The position numbers and the translations under genes were made by a program. The notes beneath the pieces were generated by a model. It did no database searches, was not told where the DNA came from, and saw only the letters and a list, made by a program, of their open reading frames with translations. From an uncultured cyanobacterium (GTDB lineage: Bacteria > Cyanobacteriota > Cyanobacteriia > CAKZMO01), in the NCBI GenBank assembly GCA_963719515.1, contig CAVRCJ010000010.1:320001-384000 (forward strand): DNA of 64,000 nt, read 5' to 3'. Positions 46,355-57,116 of the stretch are shown in pieces. The first letter of the stretch is position 1; each line of letters opens with the position of its first letter.

Positions 46355-48907
46355 ATGGATATGACAACGCTTCAACCCAGCTCCAGCTCAGGCTCAACCC
46401 GCCCCGCCCCGCTGCCAGATTTTGCGGGTGACCCTGCCTTCGCGCTGCCTCGAGGACAAGCGAAACTTCGTCAACTTTTAGGCATCCGGACTATTGTGAT
46501 CACCTCTTTCGTGGTTCCTATTGTGTTTGGAGTGGGGATAACGGGATGGCTTTCGATTCGAAATGGCCAAAAGGCGGTCAATGAGCTTGCGATTCAGATT
46601 CAGCAAGAAGTGAGCGATCTGATTACACAAGAGGTTGATCTTTTTCTAGACACGCCCCCCAATATCCACAGCACCATTGAAGCGGGTATTCAAAGCGGCT
46701 ATATCAAGCTTGATGACCTTTCAACCCTAGAATCCTACTTTCTACAGCAAATTCGGGCCGGCGTAGTGCCTGATATCATGTTTGCCAATCCTGAGGGCGA
46801 CGCCCTAGGAGTCCGGGAAAGAAGCGATGGCAGCATCACCGTCAGAGTCAAAGACGACAGCACTGGGGAGGCGCGCGAGAAATACGTCCTAGATGATCAG
46901 GGTAACCGGGTTGAGCTGATTCAAACCAAGGAATACAACACGCAAGAGCGCCCTTGGTACAAAGCCGCCGTAGACGCCGGACAGCCCACCTGGAGCGCTA
47001 TCTATCCTTCTGCAAACCTGCTGTGGCCGGAAATAAGCTCCGTCAGACCAATGTACGACGAGGCGGGGTCGCTCATTGGCGTCCTCGGCAGTGAGCTGAC
47101 CGTCGAGAACATCAGTCAGATGCTGCAGACCTTGGACATCAGTGATTCTGGGCAGGCGTTCATTATCGAGCGCAACGGCGACTTGGTTGCCAGCTCCACA
47201 GCAGAAGCACCTTTCCTCCTGGTGGACGAACAGGCCGTGCGCCTAGCGGTCACCGATAGCCAAGATCCGCTTACCCAGGGCACCGCCCAGTATCTGACAG
47301 AAACCTTCGGCAGCTTTGAGCAGATTGTATCGGGGCAGACCTTGAACTTTGAGCTAGGCGGCGAACGACAGCTTGTGAAGGTTACCCCACTGCAGGATGG
47401 GGAAGCCATCGACTGGCTTGTTGTGGTTGCGATACCCGAGTCAGACTTCATGGCCGGGATCAACGCCAGCACCACCAATACCCTTGCCCTATGCGGAACT
47501 TCGCTGGTCATTACTCTCCTAATAGGACTCTTGATCTCTCGCTGGATCACCGACCCGGTCATTCGCCTCAGTCGCGCGTCGGAAGCGATCGCCAGCGGAG
47601 ACTTAGGGCAGCGGGTCAGCGTCAAGGGAGCAGGAGAATTGAGCACCCTGGCCCGGTCGTTTAACCAAATGGCCCACCAGCTTGGGCAGGCGTTTACCGA
47701 TTTAGAGACGGCCAATACCGCCCTCGAAGCGCGGGTCGAGGACCGGACGTCAGCCCTGAATGAGCAGACCCAGATGCTGCAGGATGACATTGAGCAGCTG
47801 CTCGACATCGTAGACGCTGTGGAAGAGGGAGACCTCACGGTTTCTGCAACGGTGAACCCCACGTCCACCGGCCTAGTGGCCGATACCTTCAACCGTCTAG
47901 TTGAGCGCTTTGGCGAAGTCATGTCGACGGTAGCAGCGGCAGCGGGGCAGGTTAGTCAAAGGGCTGAGCAAGTAGAAACCCTAGCGGAGAGCACGGCCGT
48001 CAACGCGCGCCAGCAGGTAGAATCTGTGACCCAAATGCAGGGGTTGATGGAGCACATCAACACGCTGTCCCAGGGTAATACCCAGCATGTGTCGGCCACT
48101 GACGGCGCTATGGCTGACGCTGAGGGAGCGGTCGAACAGGGACAGCGAGAAATTACGGTGGTGAACAGCGACATCGACGTACTGCATCGGGAAATGCAGC
48201 AGATTGTGGGGCGGACTCAAACCCTGACCAACTACACCGATCTGGCGGCCCAGTTTGTGAAAGACCAAAAGCGGATTGCGTCTTTGACCCGCGTCTTGGC
48301 AATGAACGCCTCTATGCTGTCAACCCGCGCCGCGCAGCAGCAAGACCCCACCCAGTTTGCGGCCATCACGCGGGAATTTGAGGCGATCGCCACCCAGGTC
48401 AACGATCTGGCGGCCCAAACCAACCAGAGCTTGGTGGCGCTGCAGCAGCGCACCGAACAAATTCAAACGGTGGTGTCGGGCCTTAACAGCGACGTTACCG
48501 TCATTAGCCAGCGAACCGATAGCTTGACTTCAGGGGTCAACCAATCCAACAAGGCCTTTGAGCAAATTAAAATAGCAACCCGCAAGGTGGCTGAGCTCGG
48601 GGAGCAGGTGACTGAGTCTAGTTACGCGATCGCCGCCGCCGCCCAGGATGCCCTTCGGCCTATCCAGGACATCTCTGGAATTGCTCTCGAGACCTTTGAT
48701 CGCGCCAATCTCACGACAGAGCAGTCCCAGACCATGGAAAAGGTTGCCCGAACGCTGCGGCAAAGCGTGGCAGGTTTCCGATTGCCTACGGCCCTTGCGG
48801 CTGCCCAGCCTGACGAAGCAGATCCCGCAATCAACGTTGCGGCATCTCCACTCCCCCTCAACGCACTTGCTGACAATGCCGCTCAATCTGAGGGGGCCAG
48901 CTACTAA
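46355..48907 (+). CDS. Methyl-accepting chemotaxis-like receptor (TM-dCache-TM-HAMP-HAMP-signalling)
   Basis: RPWYKAA...W dCache motif, HAMP GELSTLARSFNQMA, degenerate tip LAMNASMLSTRAAQ. Confidence 0.88.
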   Translation: MDMTTLQPSSSSGSTRPAPLPDFAGDPAFALPRGQAKLRQLLGIRTIVITSFVVPIVFGVGITGWLSIRNGQKAVNELAIQIQQEVSDLITQEVDLFLDTPPNIHSTIEAGIQSGYIKLDDLSTLESYFLQQIRAGVVPDIMFANPEGDALGVRERSDGSITVRVKDDSTGEAREKYVLDDQGNRVELIQTKEYNTQERPWYKAAVDAGQPTWSAIYPSANLLWPEISSVRPMYDEAGSLIGVLGSELTVENISQMLQTLDISDSGQAFIIERNGDLVASSTAEAPFLLVDEQAVRLAVTDSQDPLTQGTAQYLTETFGSFEQIVSGQTLNFELGGERQLVKVTPLQDGEAIDWLVVVAIPESDFMAGINASTTNTLALCGTSLVITLLIGLLISRWITDPVIRLSRASEAIASGDLGQRVSVKGAGELSTLARSFNQMAHQLGQAFTDLETANTALEARVEDRTSALNEQTQMLQDDIEQLLDIVDAVEEGDLTVSATVNPTSTGLVADTFNRLVERFGEVMSTVAAAAGQVSQRAEQVETLAESTAVNARQQVESVTQMQGLMEHINTLSQGNTQHVSATDGAMADAEGAVEQGQREITVVNSDIDVLHREMQQIVGRTQTLTNYTDLAAQFVKDQKRIASLTRVLAMNASMLSTRAAQQQDPTQFAAITREFEAIATQVNDLAAQTNQSLVALQQRTEQIQTVVSGLNSDVTVISQRTDSLTSGVNQSNKAFEQIKIATRKVAELGEQVTESSYAIAAAAQDALRPIQDISGIALETFDRANLTTEQSQTMEKVARTLRQSVAGFRLPTALAAAQPDEADPAINVAASPLPLNALADNAAQSEGASY

Positions 48908-49075
48908 CCCGGAAAAGAGCGAGGTCTCTATTATCTAGCGCCTGCTGAACTGCCCTCGCTTCTCCACACCGCGCGATATCGCCCTTACCCTTTGTTCCCC
49001 GACCTTTACCTTATGCTTAACTCTAAAAAAGCTCCCCAGGCTCCAGTTAATTTTATCGGTGGTTCAGAAGACCTG

Positions 49076-52000
49076 ATGGAAGCTCAGCTGCAGCAAGAGC
49101 TTCTAAGCATGTTCGAGGTCGATACTCAAAAGGGGCTACAGGCCTACTTGGATCAGGCGAGTCATCTGCAGTCCGACCAGTGGAACACCGATATTCAAAC
49201 CCTCTATCGCGCAATCCACACCATCAAAGGCGGAGCCGTGACGGTGGGGGCCGACGCGATTCTGCAGGTAGCGACCGTGTTAGAGGATCTGCTCTCTGAT
49301 CTTCGCCGCTTAGAGACTGCTCCTCCCCTAGAAGACGGTCAGCTGACAAACATGCTGGTAGAGGCCGGAGAACTGCTGGCATCCGCCAGTTTAATTAAGG
49401 CCGAAAAGGCAGAGGCTCGTTCCCGGGTGGAACCCTCCGTACAGCGAATTCACTGGCTGCGATCGCACATCCAAGCGTGCTACTTACCCCATTGGAGCCC
49501 GCAAGAGCAAATTCAGCAGGAATTTGTTCAGCAGGGCTTCGACCTAGTGGTGCTCGATTTGGAAATTGCCCTGGAAAACCTCACCGTTGAGGGAGCCCTC
49601 CCTGAAGAGGTTCTCCAAACCGGCCGTAGTTTAGTCGAGCAGCTTCGCCAGATTGGAAACGATTTAGAGCTGTCTGCCGGTTGGCGCACCCTGCTTCAGC
49701 AGGCTGAAATCCTGCTGGAGCGCCGCAGTGTTGAGATTTGGCAAACCCAATGGCCGCGCCTGTTTCAAGCGCTAAAAGGCTCAATTCGTAGGGGGAGCGA
49801 GCCCGTTTCCTTTACCTTGGTGCTGCCCGAGGAGGCCGCTGACCCAGCGGCTACGTCACCGCTCCCACAGAGCGCAGCGTCTGACGCGACTGCCGGAATT
49901 GACGGCGCTGAGGCTAAGGGTAGCGCTGAGAGCCAGAGCATTACCGAGATTAGCTGGGCTGAAATTAGTGGAGCTGCCGAGAGCGAGAGCGATGACGAGA
50001 GCGATAATAGCGCCGAGGTATCAGACGTATTGACCGACGTCGGCGCGTTCCTTGATGAACTTGGCAGTCTAGAAGACCTCCCAACGGCCCTGCAGGATGC
50101 CGCTGACGAGGAGGCTCAAGATGAATTTTTAGGAGAGGCGGAGGCAGCGCAAACCACCGCCGAGGCTATAGAGACCCTCGCAGCCTTGGACTGGGCAGTC
50201 GCGGAGACAATGCAAGATTCGCTTTTAGAAGAAGTCCAGGCGACTCCCGCCGAGCCCTCCATTGAGGCTTTGCTTGAGCCTGTAGATCCCGCCTACGACT
50301 TGGCTATAGTGCCCCCAACGGAGTCAGATGCCGCCGAGCAAGTCCAAATTCCAGTTCCCCTAGAGCGCCTTGACCGGTCTGCTCAAGACCTAGTGGACGC
50401 CTTGCTATCGGTCAGAAGTACCCAGGGCATTTACAACGTTCTCCAAAACCAGATTCTGCAGCTCTCGTCCTTAGCTCAAGAAGGGGTTCAGTACATTACG
50501 CGCCTGCGGCAGATTCAGGACGACTACGCTTTAGTCGACACCCTCAACGATTTACGGCAGACAGGCCCTGAACCCGAGCGCTACCGTCAGGGTTACGTCA
50601 CCATCAACCGCCTGCTCGAAACCAGCCTGCGCCTATCGGAATTGGGCGCGGAGACCGAGAAGTCGGCAAAGGAAATGACCGAAAGTCTGCAGGTTTTGGA
50701 TGGCAACGTCCTTAAGCTACAGGCGACGGTAGAGGAAAGCCGCTTGGTTCCTTTTCGTAATCTCGCCTTTCGGACCAGGGCAATTCTTCGAGACCTGACG
50801 ACGCGCTTTGACAAGCCGGTCAAGCTGACGATTCAAGGAGAGCGTACTGAGCTAGACGTGGGCAGCGCCCGTAGTTTAGAGCCAGCCCTCCTCCACCTGA
50901 TTCGCAATGCCTTTAGCCACGCCATCGAGCCGTTAGAGGAGCGCCAAAGCTTGGGCAAGCCCAAACAAGGTACCCTCAGCCTGTCACTACAGCGCTTGGG
51001 TAATGTCTATCGGTTGAGTCTGCAAGACGATGGGCGCGGCATTGATGCTCAAGCAATTCGCGATCGCGCCTTGGACCTAGATCTTCCTCGGAGCGACACG
51101 TCAACCTCAGCTAACCTGCTGGCGGTCATTTGCCAGCCCGGGTTTAGCTCGAACACTGACGTGAGCGCCCTGTCTGGCCGAGGCGTCGGAATGGATGTGG
51201 TGGCGGCTCAGATTGACAAGATGGGGGGGAAGCTAACCCTAGAGACGAGCTTGGGACAGGGCACAACCTTCTCTCTACAGTTTCCGGTTCCTCACCTGCT
51301 GGTGTCCTGTCTGCTGCTGCGGGCGGGCGATCGCACGTTTGCCCTTCCGTTCGAAGATACCCGAAGCATTGCCCTCCTGGAGACCCTCGAAGCCACCCCA
51401 ACCCAGCAGGGTGCCTTCTCCTGGCAGATTAAAGCGGATGGCGAAGTGCTCCCCGGTCTCGATTTGCTGGACTACTGGCAGCCCCAGACCGGCGATCGCG
51501 CGCTGGAAGAAACTGCCGTTTGCACCTACGTTCAGCTCTCCGATGGCGGACAGGGCGTCTGGCTAATCGCCGATGACCTGCTGGGTCAGTCCGATCTGCT
51601 CATCAGCGCGCTTCCTACCCCGCTGCAGGCCCCCGAAGGCGTCATGGGAGTTAGCTTACAGACCGATGGGACACTGGTTCCGGTGCTCAACGTCGCTGCG
51701 ATTGTTGACCACCTGCGTGCCAGACCCCAAAGCTTTAGGGCGACTTCTGATCAATTTTCTGGCCAATTTTCTGGCGACACCCCAGACAGCGCCTTCAGCA
51801 CGCCGACAATTTTAATTGTGGACGATGCCGCGCTGATGCGGCGACGCATTGAGGCCAGCCTCAACTCCCACGGCCATCCTACTCACACCTGCGCTGATGG
51901 CCTAGAAGCCTGGAACTGGCTGAAGGCCAACCCAGCGCCTGCCCTAGTGATCACCGACATTGAGATGCCAAACATGGACGGCTTCACGCTCATTGATCGC

Positions 52001-52168
52001 TGTCGTCAAGAGGACATGCCAATGCCGATCTTGGTGGTCTCCTCTCGGCTATCAGAGGATTGGTTTGCGGAAGCCCAGCGCCTTGGGGCCAACGATTATT
52101 TGACGAAGGGATTTTCTACGGTAGAGCTGTTGAACAAGGTCAACCACCTAGCGACATCAGAGGTCTGA
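49076..52168 (+). CDS. CheA-like hybrid kinase (Hpt - acidic linker - HATPase - CheW - receiver)
   Basis: RAIHTIKGGA, HLIRNA..HAIE, DDGRGID, PGFSS, SGRGVGMDVV, C-terminal VDD...TDIEMP..DG. Confidence 0.93.
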   Translation: MEAQLQQELLSMFEVDTQKGLQAYLDQASHLQSDQWNTDIQTLYRAIHTIKGGAVTVGADAILQVATVLEDLLSDLRRLETAPPLEDGQLTNMLVEAGELLASASLIKAEKAEARSRVEPSVQRIHWLRSHIQACYLPHWSPQEQIQQEFVQQGFDLVVLDLEIALENLTVEGALPEEVLQTGRSLVEQLRQIGNDLELSAGWRTLLQQAEILLERRSVEIWQTQWPRLFQALKGSIRRGSEPVSFTLVLPEEAADPAATSPLPQSAASDATAGIDGAEAKGSAESQSITEISWAEISGAAESESDDESDNSAEVSDVLTDVGAFLDELGSLEDLPTALQDAADEEAQDEFLGEAEAAQTTAEAIETLAALDWAVAETMQDSLLEEVQATPAEPSIEALLEPVDPAYDLAIVPPTESDAAEQVQIPVPLERLDRSAQDLVDALLSVRSTQGIYNVLQNQILQLSSLAQEGVQYITRLRQIQDDYALVDTLNDLRQTGPEPERYRQGYVTINRLLETSLRLSELGAETEKSAKEMTESLQVLDGNVLKLQATVEESRLVPFRNLAFRTRAILRDLTTRFDKPVKLTIQGERTELDVGSARSLEPALLHLIRNAFSHAIEPLEERQSLGKPKQGTLSLSLQRLGNVYRLSLQDDGRGIDAQAIRDRALDLDLPRSDTSTSANLLAVICQPGFSSNTDVSALSGRGVGMDVVAAQIDKMGGKLTLETSLGQGTTFSLQFPVPHLLVSCLLLRAGDRTFALPFEDTRSIALLETLEATPTQQGAFSWQIKADGEVLPGLDLLDYWQPQTGDRALEETAVCTYVQLSDGGQGVWLIADDLLGQSDLLISALPTPLQAPEGVMGVSLQTDGTLVPVLNVAAIVDHLRARPQSFRATSDQFSGQFSGDTPDSAFSTPTILIVDDAALMRRRIEASLNSHGHPTHTCADGLEAWNWLKANPAPALVITDIEMPNMDGFTLIDRCRQEDMPMPILVVSSRLSEDWFAEAQRLGANDYLTKGFSTVELLNKVNHLATSEV

Positions 52169-52188
52169 GCACAGACGTCCGCTGCGGG

Positions 52189-52620
52189 CTAAAGGAGTCC
52201 CTCTAGGTGGCGGCGGATGCGGTCGAGTTCGGTGGGGGGAAGGGCGTCGCTGCCGTCACCATTGCTGTCCCCAGGCGACGAGTCTGATGGCGAACCTGGC
52301 CGCAAAGCGTCTGGGGGTGAGTCCTGCTCTTTTTCCCAATCTGTGAGCTCAACGCTCGATTCGGGAGGAATCTCTAGATCGCCTTTTTCTATCAGCTTGT
52401 ACTCGTAGCCCGCTCCCTGACAAAACTCCTCAATCTCGTCTCGGTCGAAGGGCTCAACGGTAGGCACCCGAAAATCCTGGGCCTCCAGCATCAGCGTGTA
52501 GCGCTCAGCGTCATCTTTATCCTCGAACATCAACACAACGTTGCGATCGTCACTGGTCTTTAATGTGTGAATCCCTTCACTATCCGTTCCAGCATCAAAT
52601 AGCAGCACGTATATGGTCAT
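52189..52620 (-). CDS. DUF3110-like protein
   Basis: YVLLF...EGIHTL...VLMFE..DDAERY..MLEAQDF. Confidence 0.8.
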   Translation of the reverse strand: MTIYVLLFDAGTDSEGIHTLKTSDDRNVVLMFEDKDDAERYTLMLEAQDFRVPTVEPFDRDEIEEFCQGAGYEYKLIEKGDLEIPPESSVELTDWEKEQDSPPDALRPGSPSDSSPGDSNGDGSDALPPTELDRIRRHLEGLL

Positions 52621-52789
52621 AGCGAAGTCGCTCTCAACACCTATGCCAACATCTTACCGAAATCATGGCGCGGGAAATCTTTGCCTTTAAAGACGAAAAT
52701 GCTAGATTTGGCTGAGCCTTTGCGCAGCAGCGCTGTAGAACTGCACTGCCGTTGATTGGCCCGAAGCAGTATTGATAGTGACGATCAAG

Positions 52790-53563
52790 CTACAGGGTCA
52801 CCAGCGAAATCGTCTCTTGAGGCTTTGGCTCGACGACGTCGGTGGTCAGCTCGCGCGCCGCCAGCGCCTGCCGAAACGTGCTGACGCTGCCCACCGTGCT
52901 CAGCAGTTTGTCCAGGATGCCGCTGTAGGTAATGTCGCCACCGGCTGCCGTCGGAAAAAACAGCCTGGGCTGGAGGGTCTCGGCTAACATCAGGGCGCTC
53001 TTGTCGCCCTGGATGATGGCACCCGCTACGGGAAGCTCTAGGTTAACAACGGGGCTGATGACGACGTCTACCGGGCCATAGCGGTCCACATCGGGAGGCG
53101 GATAGCCGTGGGGCTCGTAATAGATGGCGGTGTGATTGGGCCGGGCTGCATTGGGGAGAGCAGTCATCAGATAGCCGTTTTCTGGGGTAATGCCCACGGG
53201 CGCTCCCCGAAACGCCTTGATCTCTAGATGCTCATTGGCGTAAGACTCGCCCGGCGCGATCGCCGTCACGCTTTGGTAGCCCAGCGCTTTGACTACGGTG
53301 GCGGCATTTGGGGAGCCCACCACTGGAATTTGGCGATCGAGCTGCTGCAGCGTAGGGCGGTGGGTGTGGTCCGGTAATCCCTGAGAGAGCACGATTAGAT
53401 CGATATCCTTAGGCAAGGTCTCGATGGGCGCGGCGTGGTCACCCTTAAATAGCCAGGTCTGGCCACCAAACACCAGAGAGTCCAGTAGCCAGGGATCAAT
53501 AAGAATGCGGTAGTCGCCCAAATCCCAAAGCCAGCTGTTAGCGCCGTAGTACGTCAAGTCCAT
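52790..53563 (-). CDS. MBL-fold metallo-hydrolase-like protein
   Basis: NSWL...ILIDPWL, LSQGLPDH.H, ENGY, YYEPHG. Confidence 0.8.
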   Translation of the reverse strand: MDLTYYGANSWLWDLGDYRILIDPWLLDSLVFGGQTWLFKGDHAAPIETLPKDIDLIVLSQGLPDHTHRPTLQQLDRQIPVVGSPNAATVVKALGYQSVTAIAPGESYANEHLEIKAFRGAPVGITPENGYLMTALPNAARPNHTAIYYEPHGYPPPDVDRYGPVDVVISPVVNLELPVAGAIIQGDKSALMLAETLQPRLFFPTAAGGDITYSGILDKLLSTVGSVSTFRQALAARELTTDVVEPKPQETISLVTL

Positions 53564-53670
53564 AGAAAGGGTTAGGGGTGTAGTGTCGCGCGCACGTCTG
53601 CTGAACGCTATAGAATGCCGGTAGATCTATTGTCGGCCTACTCCCAGTGTAAAAGGATTTACCGGTCCCC

Positions 53671-54702
53671 GTGACGATTTTGGTCTTTGGCAGTCTCAAT
53701 ATGGACTTTGTGGCTCAAGTCTCCCGGCTTCCCCAGGTTGGGGAAACCCTGCGGGGGAATCGATTCACGATGACGCCTGGCGGGAAAGGGGCAAACCAAG
53801 CCGCGGCGGTGGCCCGTCTGGGGGGAGATTGCCGCATAGTGGGACGCGTGGGAGGGGACCCCTTTGGCGCAGCGCTGACCCAGCAGCTTCACGAGACCGG
53901 AGTCGACTGCAGCGCCGTCTCTGTGGATTCCACCGTATCATCTGGGGCCGCGGTCATCGAGGTGAGCGATAGCGGCGACAACCGCATCGTGGTCATTCCA
54001 GGAGCTAATGGACAGGTTGGTGAGAGCGACCTCATGCGGCTGGCTGCACTTTTGCCCCAGGCGAGCTGGCTGCTGCTGCAGCTCGAAATTCCTCTACCCG
54101 TTGTGGTTTCTGCCGCACGCGCTGCCCGCGCCGCTGGGGTGCGCGTCATGCTTGACCCCGCACCTGCCCAAGCCCTCCCCAGCGAGCTGTATGGGTATGT
54201 TGATGTGCTCACCCCCAATCAGACGGAAGCGGAGCGGCTGACAGGGCGCACGGTGACAACGCAGGCTGAAGCGACTGAAGCGGCGGCCTGGCTGAGGCAG
54301 CGAGGCGTGTCTACGGTAGTGATTACCTTGGGCGCGCAGGGGGCATTCTATAGGTCGTCGGGCAGAGCGTTGAGTAAATCGCTGGGCGAGTCGCCGGAGC
54401 CATCACCCGGGGACTGGGCCTCGGATGACACTGGGTTAGTGCCTGCCTTTCCCGTCAAAGTGGTTGACACCGTGGCGGCTGGCGACACGTTTAACGGGGC
54501 GCTGGCGATCGCCCTCAGTCAGCGAAGAGGGGCATCCGGCAGGCCTGAGCCGTCGCTCTATGACGCGATTCGCTACGGGGCCGCCGCTGCCGCGATCGCC
54601 GTGACTCGAGCGGGCGCTCAAGCGGCCATGCCGACAGCTTTAGAGCTGGAAGGTTTTCTATCTCAACACACGAGCGACTCAAGTCTTGATAGAAACTTAT
54701 AA
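53671..54702 (+). CDS. rbsK: Ribokinase
   Basis: GSLNMD, GGKGANQA, NRIVVIPGAN, QLEIP, DTVAAGDTF. Confidence 0.92.
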   Translation: MTILVFGSLNMDFVAQVSRLPQVGETLRGNRFTMTPGGKGANQAAAVARLGGDCRIVGRVGGDPFGAALTQQLHETGVDCSAVSVDSTVSSGAAVIEVSDSGDNRIVVIPGANGQVGESDLMRLAALLPQASWLLLQLEIPLPVVVSAARAARAAGVRVMLDPAPAQALPSELYGYVDVLTPNQTEAERLTGRTVTTQAEATEAAAWLRQRGVSTVVITLGAQGAFYRSSGRALSKSLGESPEPSPGDWASDDTGLVPAFPVKVVDTVAAGDTFNGALAIALSQRRGASGRPEPSLYDAIRYGAAAAAIAVTRAGAQAAMPTALELEGFLSQHTSDSSLDRNL

Positions 54703-55033
54703 AACTAGACGAATTCCTGTGCTTACATGTACATATGTGATTTCGAACGATGGCCTGTCGGCCCTATAGCGGTAATCGGCGAGGGAAGCCCTTCGGCGAG
54801 TAGTCCTTTTGATACGGCATACAGGCCGGGTTCTCGTTTAAACCACACCCCCTTGAGACGCGAGATTTCCTTCAAAGGAAATTTATGTTTCAACTTCAGA
54901 CGAGGTTCATATGGTGTACCTATCCCAAATAGATAAGCCTGCGCCCAGTGAGCGCTGTTGAGGAATTCCTCAAGTACGCTTGCGTTTGACGTGTCTTGTA
55001 GTACCTGTAAAGACTTAAGTACCAATCTTCCCT

Positions 55034-55360
55034 ATGCTGAAAACCTATCAACCCGAAAAATTTGTGACTGAGGTCAACGAGTTTGAGATCCGCGACTGGG
55101 TCCAGGAAAACGTACAGGCTGGCGTCAGTCACCTTCTCATTGACTTTCAGAATGTTGGCTTCATCAACAGCAGCGGTCTGGGCGCGTTGGCAACAGCGCT
55201 CAAGATGGCGCGAGAAGCAGATACTCGGCTCGCCCTCAGCTCCCTAAATCCCCAGGCGCGCATGACGCTAGAGATTGCGGGTATGGATAAAGCGTTCGAG
55301 ATCTTTGAGAATCCAACCGATTACGAATCTGCAATCTCCTCCCCCTCTACGGTCAGCTAG
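55034..55360 (+). CDS. STAS domain anti-sigma factor antagonist
   Basis: LLIDF..V.FINSSGLGAL motif. Confidence 0.85.
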   Translation: MLKTYQPEKFVTEVNEFEIRDWVQENVQAGVSHLLIDFQNVGFINSSGLGALATALKMAREADTRLALSSLNPQARMTLEIAGMDKAFEIFENPTDYESAISSPSTVS

Positions 55361-55451
55361 GTCGCGGGAAAAGATCGCGCCAGCGACACCGCGATACAAC
55401 GCTACGCCATTCACACCGTTGAGCGGCTCACCCTCTGGGCGGTGAGCCGCT

Positions 55452-56051
55452 TTAACTATTCTGTGGGGTAACGGCGTGAGCGGTCTGAGCGGCTGACCAC
55501 TGGCCATAGTCTTGGCGCAGATGATTAATTAGACGCTCCTCAATTGTCCCGAGAACGCCGCTAAGCAATCTATTGCCAACTCTTCTCACGATGGCATTGG
55601 AGATAATAGCAAAGCTTGGAGGGAGATCGACCCGCACTTCCAAGTCGGCTATGCCCGTCAGATGGCTGCTCTCTGCAGCGTCGTGGAGGTCTACCGGTTC
55701 TGCCGTCACCACGCGCTCTGCGGCGGCATACAGCTGTCCTGTCAGCGTCAGCGTAAACTGGCGATTTATGGCATCTACCCCTGAAATCTGACAGTCTACT
55801 GCTTCGATGTGCAGGATAGAGCCGGCATCGGTCCACACGCGCAGGTCAACCGTCGGCTGAATCTTGAGCATAAAAAACTGAAGCGCCTGCATGCGGAGCC
55901 GAAAGACGTCGTTCCCGCACTCTTTAACTCGATCTGAGGCGAAGAGGGCGTAAACTAGGCGTCGGGGCTGAGCTAAATAGGCCTGAAGCGCTGTTCGCGA
56001 CCCTGGCAAATCTAGTTCGACAGATTGAGAGGCTGCGAAGCGCGACATCAT
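55452..56051 (-). CDS. DUF1997-like protein
   Basis: F.ASQSV...YL.QP.RLV...FRL.M..L.F...QPTV.L...DY..W. Confidence 0.75.
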   Translation of the reverse strand: MMSRFAASQSVELDLPGSRTALQAYLAQPRRLVYALFASDRVKECGNDVFRLRMQALQFFMLKIQPTVDLRVWTDAGSILHIEAVDCQISGVDAINRQFTLTLTGQLYAAAERVVTAEPVDLHDAAESSHLTGIADLEVRVDLPPSFAIISNAIVRRVGNRLLSGVLGTIEERLINHLRQDYGQWSAAQTAHAVTPQNS

Positions 56052-56249
56052 CAAGCTTGATAAAGGGAGGGGGGTAAGGCACAGTTGCTAAAGCGCTGAC
56101 GGCGGCGATCGCTACCGGACAGGGCAAGAGTGACATTGCTGATTGTAACGGCTCTCTAATAGACTGACCTTGTCCTAAAAGTATACGTCTGTTGGGCGCT
56201 TGCCGTACAATTCGGCTGCTCTCTAAGACAACCCTCACTGAGCAACCCT

Positions 56250-57116
56250 ATGCCCCTCACCCTGGCCCATCTTGGCCCTCAAGGCACCTACGCCGAGACA
56301 GCCGCGTCGCTTTGTGCCCAGTGGTGGTATCAGCGAGGGCTGGGCACCCTGGTGCTGCAGCCTTACTCCAGCATTGCCCAGAGCCTAGAGGCGGTCGCCG
56401 CCAACCAGGCCGAATTTGCCATTGTGCCGGTAGAAAACTCCACTGAGGGCAGCGTTACCATCACCCTCGATACCCTATGGCAGCTCGATGCACTACAGGT
56501 CCGTCAGGCGTGGGTGCTGCCTATCTCCCACGCGCTGCTGTCCCAGGCCAGCGTCACAGACATCGAGGTCATTTACTCCCATCCCCAGGCGCTCGCCCAA
56601 TGCCAGCGGTGGATAGAGGCCCAGATGCCCCACGTCTCTCCCATTCCCACCCGCTCGACCGCTGAGGCCGTCCAAAAGCTCAGCGAGCACCCCACAACCT
56701 CAGGGGCGATCGCCTCTAGGCGAGCAGCCGAGATGTACCACATGCCGGTCATCGCTGAGGCCATCAACGACTACCCCGACAACTGCACCAGGTTTTGGGT
56801 CGTCAGCCAGCCCCAGCGGATTTACCCGCAGCTGCGCCCCTGTAGCCACATTTCCCTTGCCTTTACGCTTCCTGCCAATCAGCCAGGGGCTTTGGTCGAG
56901 CCCCTGCGAATTTTTGCTGAGCGGGCCATTAACCTCAGCCGCATTGAGTCGCGTCCCACAAAGCGATCGCTCGGCGAGTACCTATTTTTTCTTGACCTAG
57001 AGGCCAATTCATCTGATACAGACGTCCAGGAGGCTCTCACGGCCCTAGGCGAGGTCACCGAAACGCTAAAGCTGTTTGGCAACTATTCAATTTGGAGGGC
57101 CGATTCAGAAGATTAG
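56250..57116 (+). CDS. pheA: Prephenate dehydratase
   Basis: LGPQGTY, PVENSTEGSV, SHPQALAQC, N.TRF, NLSRIESRP. Confidence 0.96.
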   Translation: MPLTLAHLGPQGTYAETAASLCAQWWYQRGLGTLVLQPYSSIAQSLEAVAANQAEFAIVPVENSTEGSVTITLDTLWQLDALQVRQAWVLPISHALLSQASVTDIEVIYSHPQALAQCQRWIEAQMPHVSPIPTRSTAEAVQKLSEHPTTSGAIASRRAAEMYHMPVIAEAINDYPDNCTRFWVVSQPQRIYPQLRPCSHISLAFTLPANQPGALVEPLRIFAERAINLSRIESRPTKRSLGEYLFFLDLEANSSDTDVQEALTALGEVTETLKLFGNYSIWRADSED

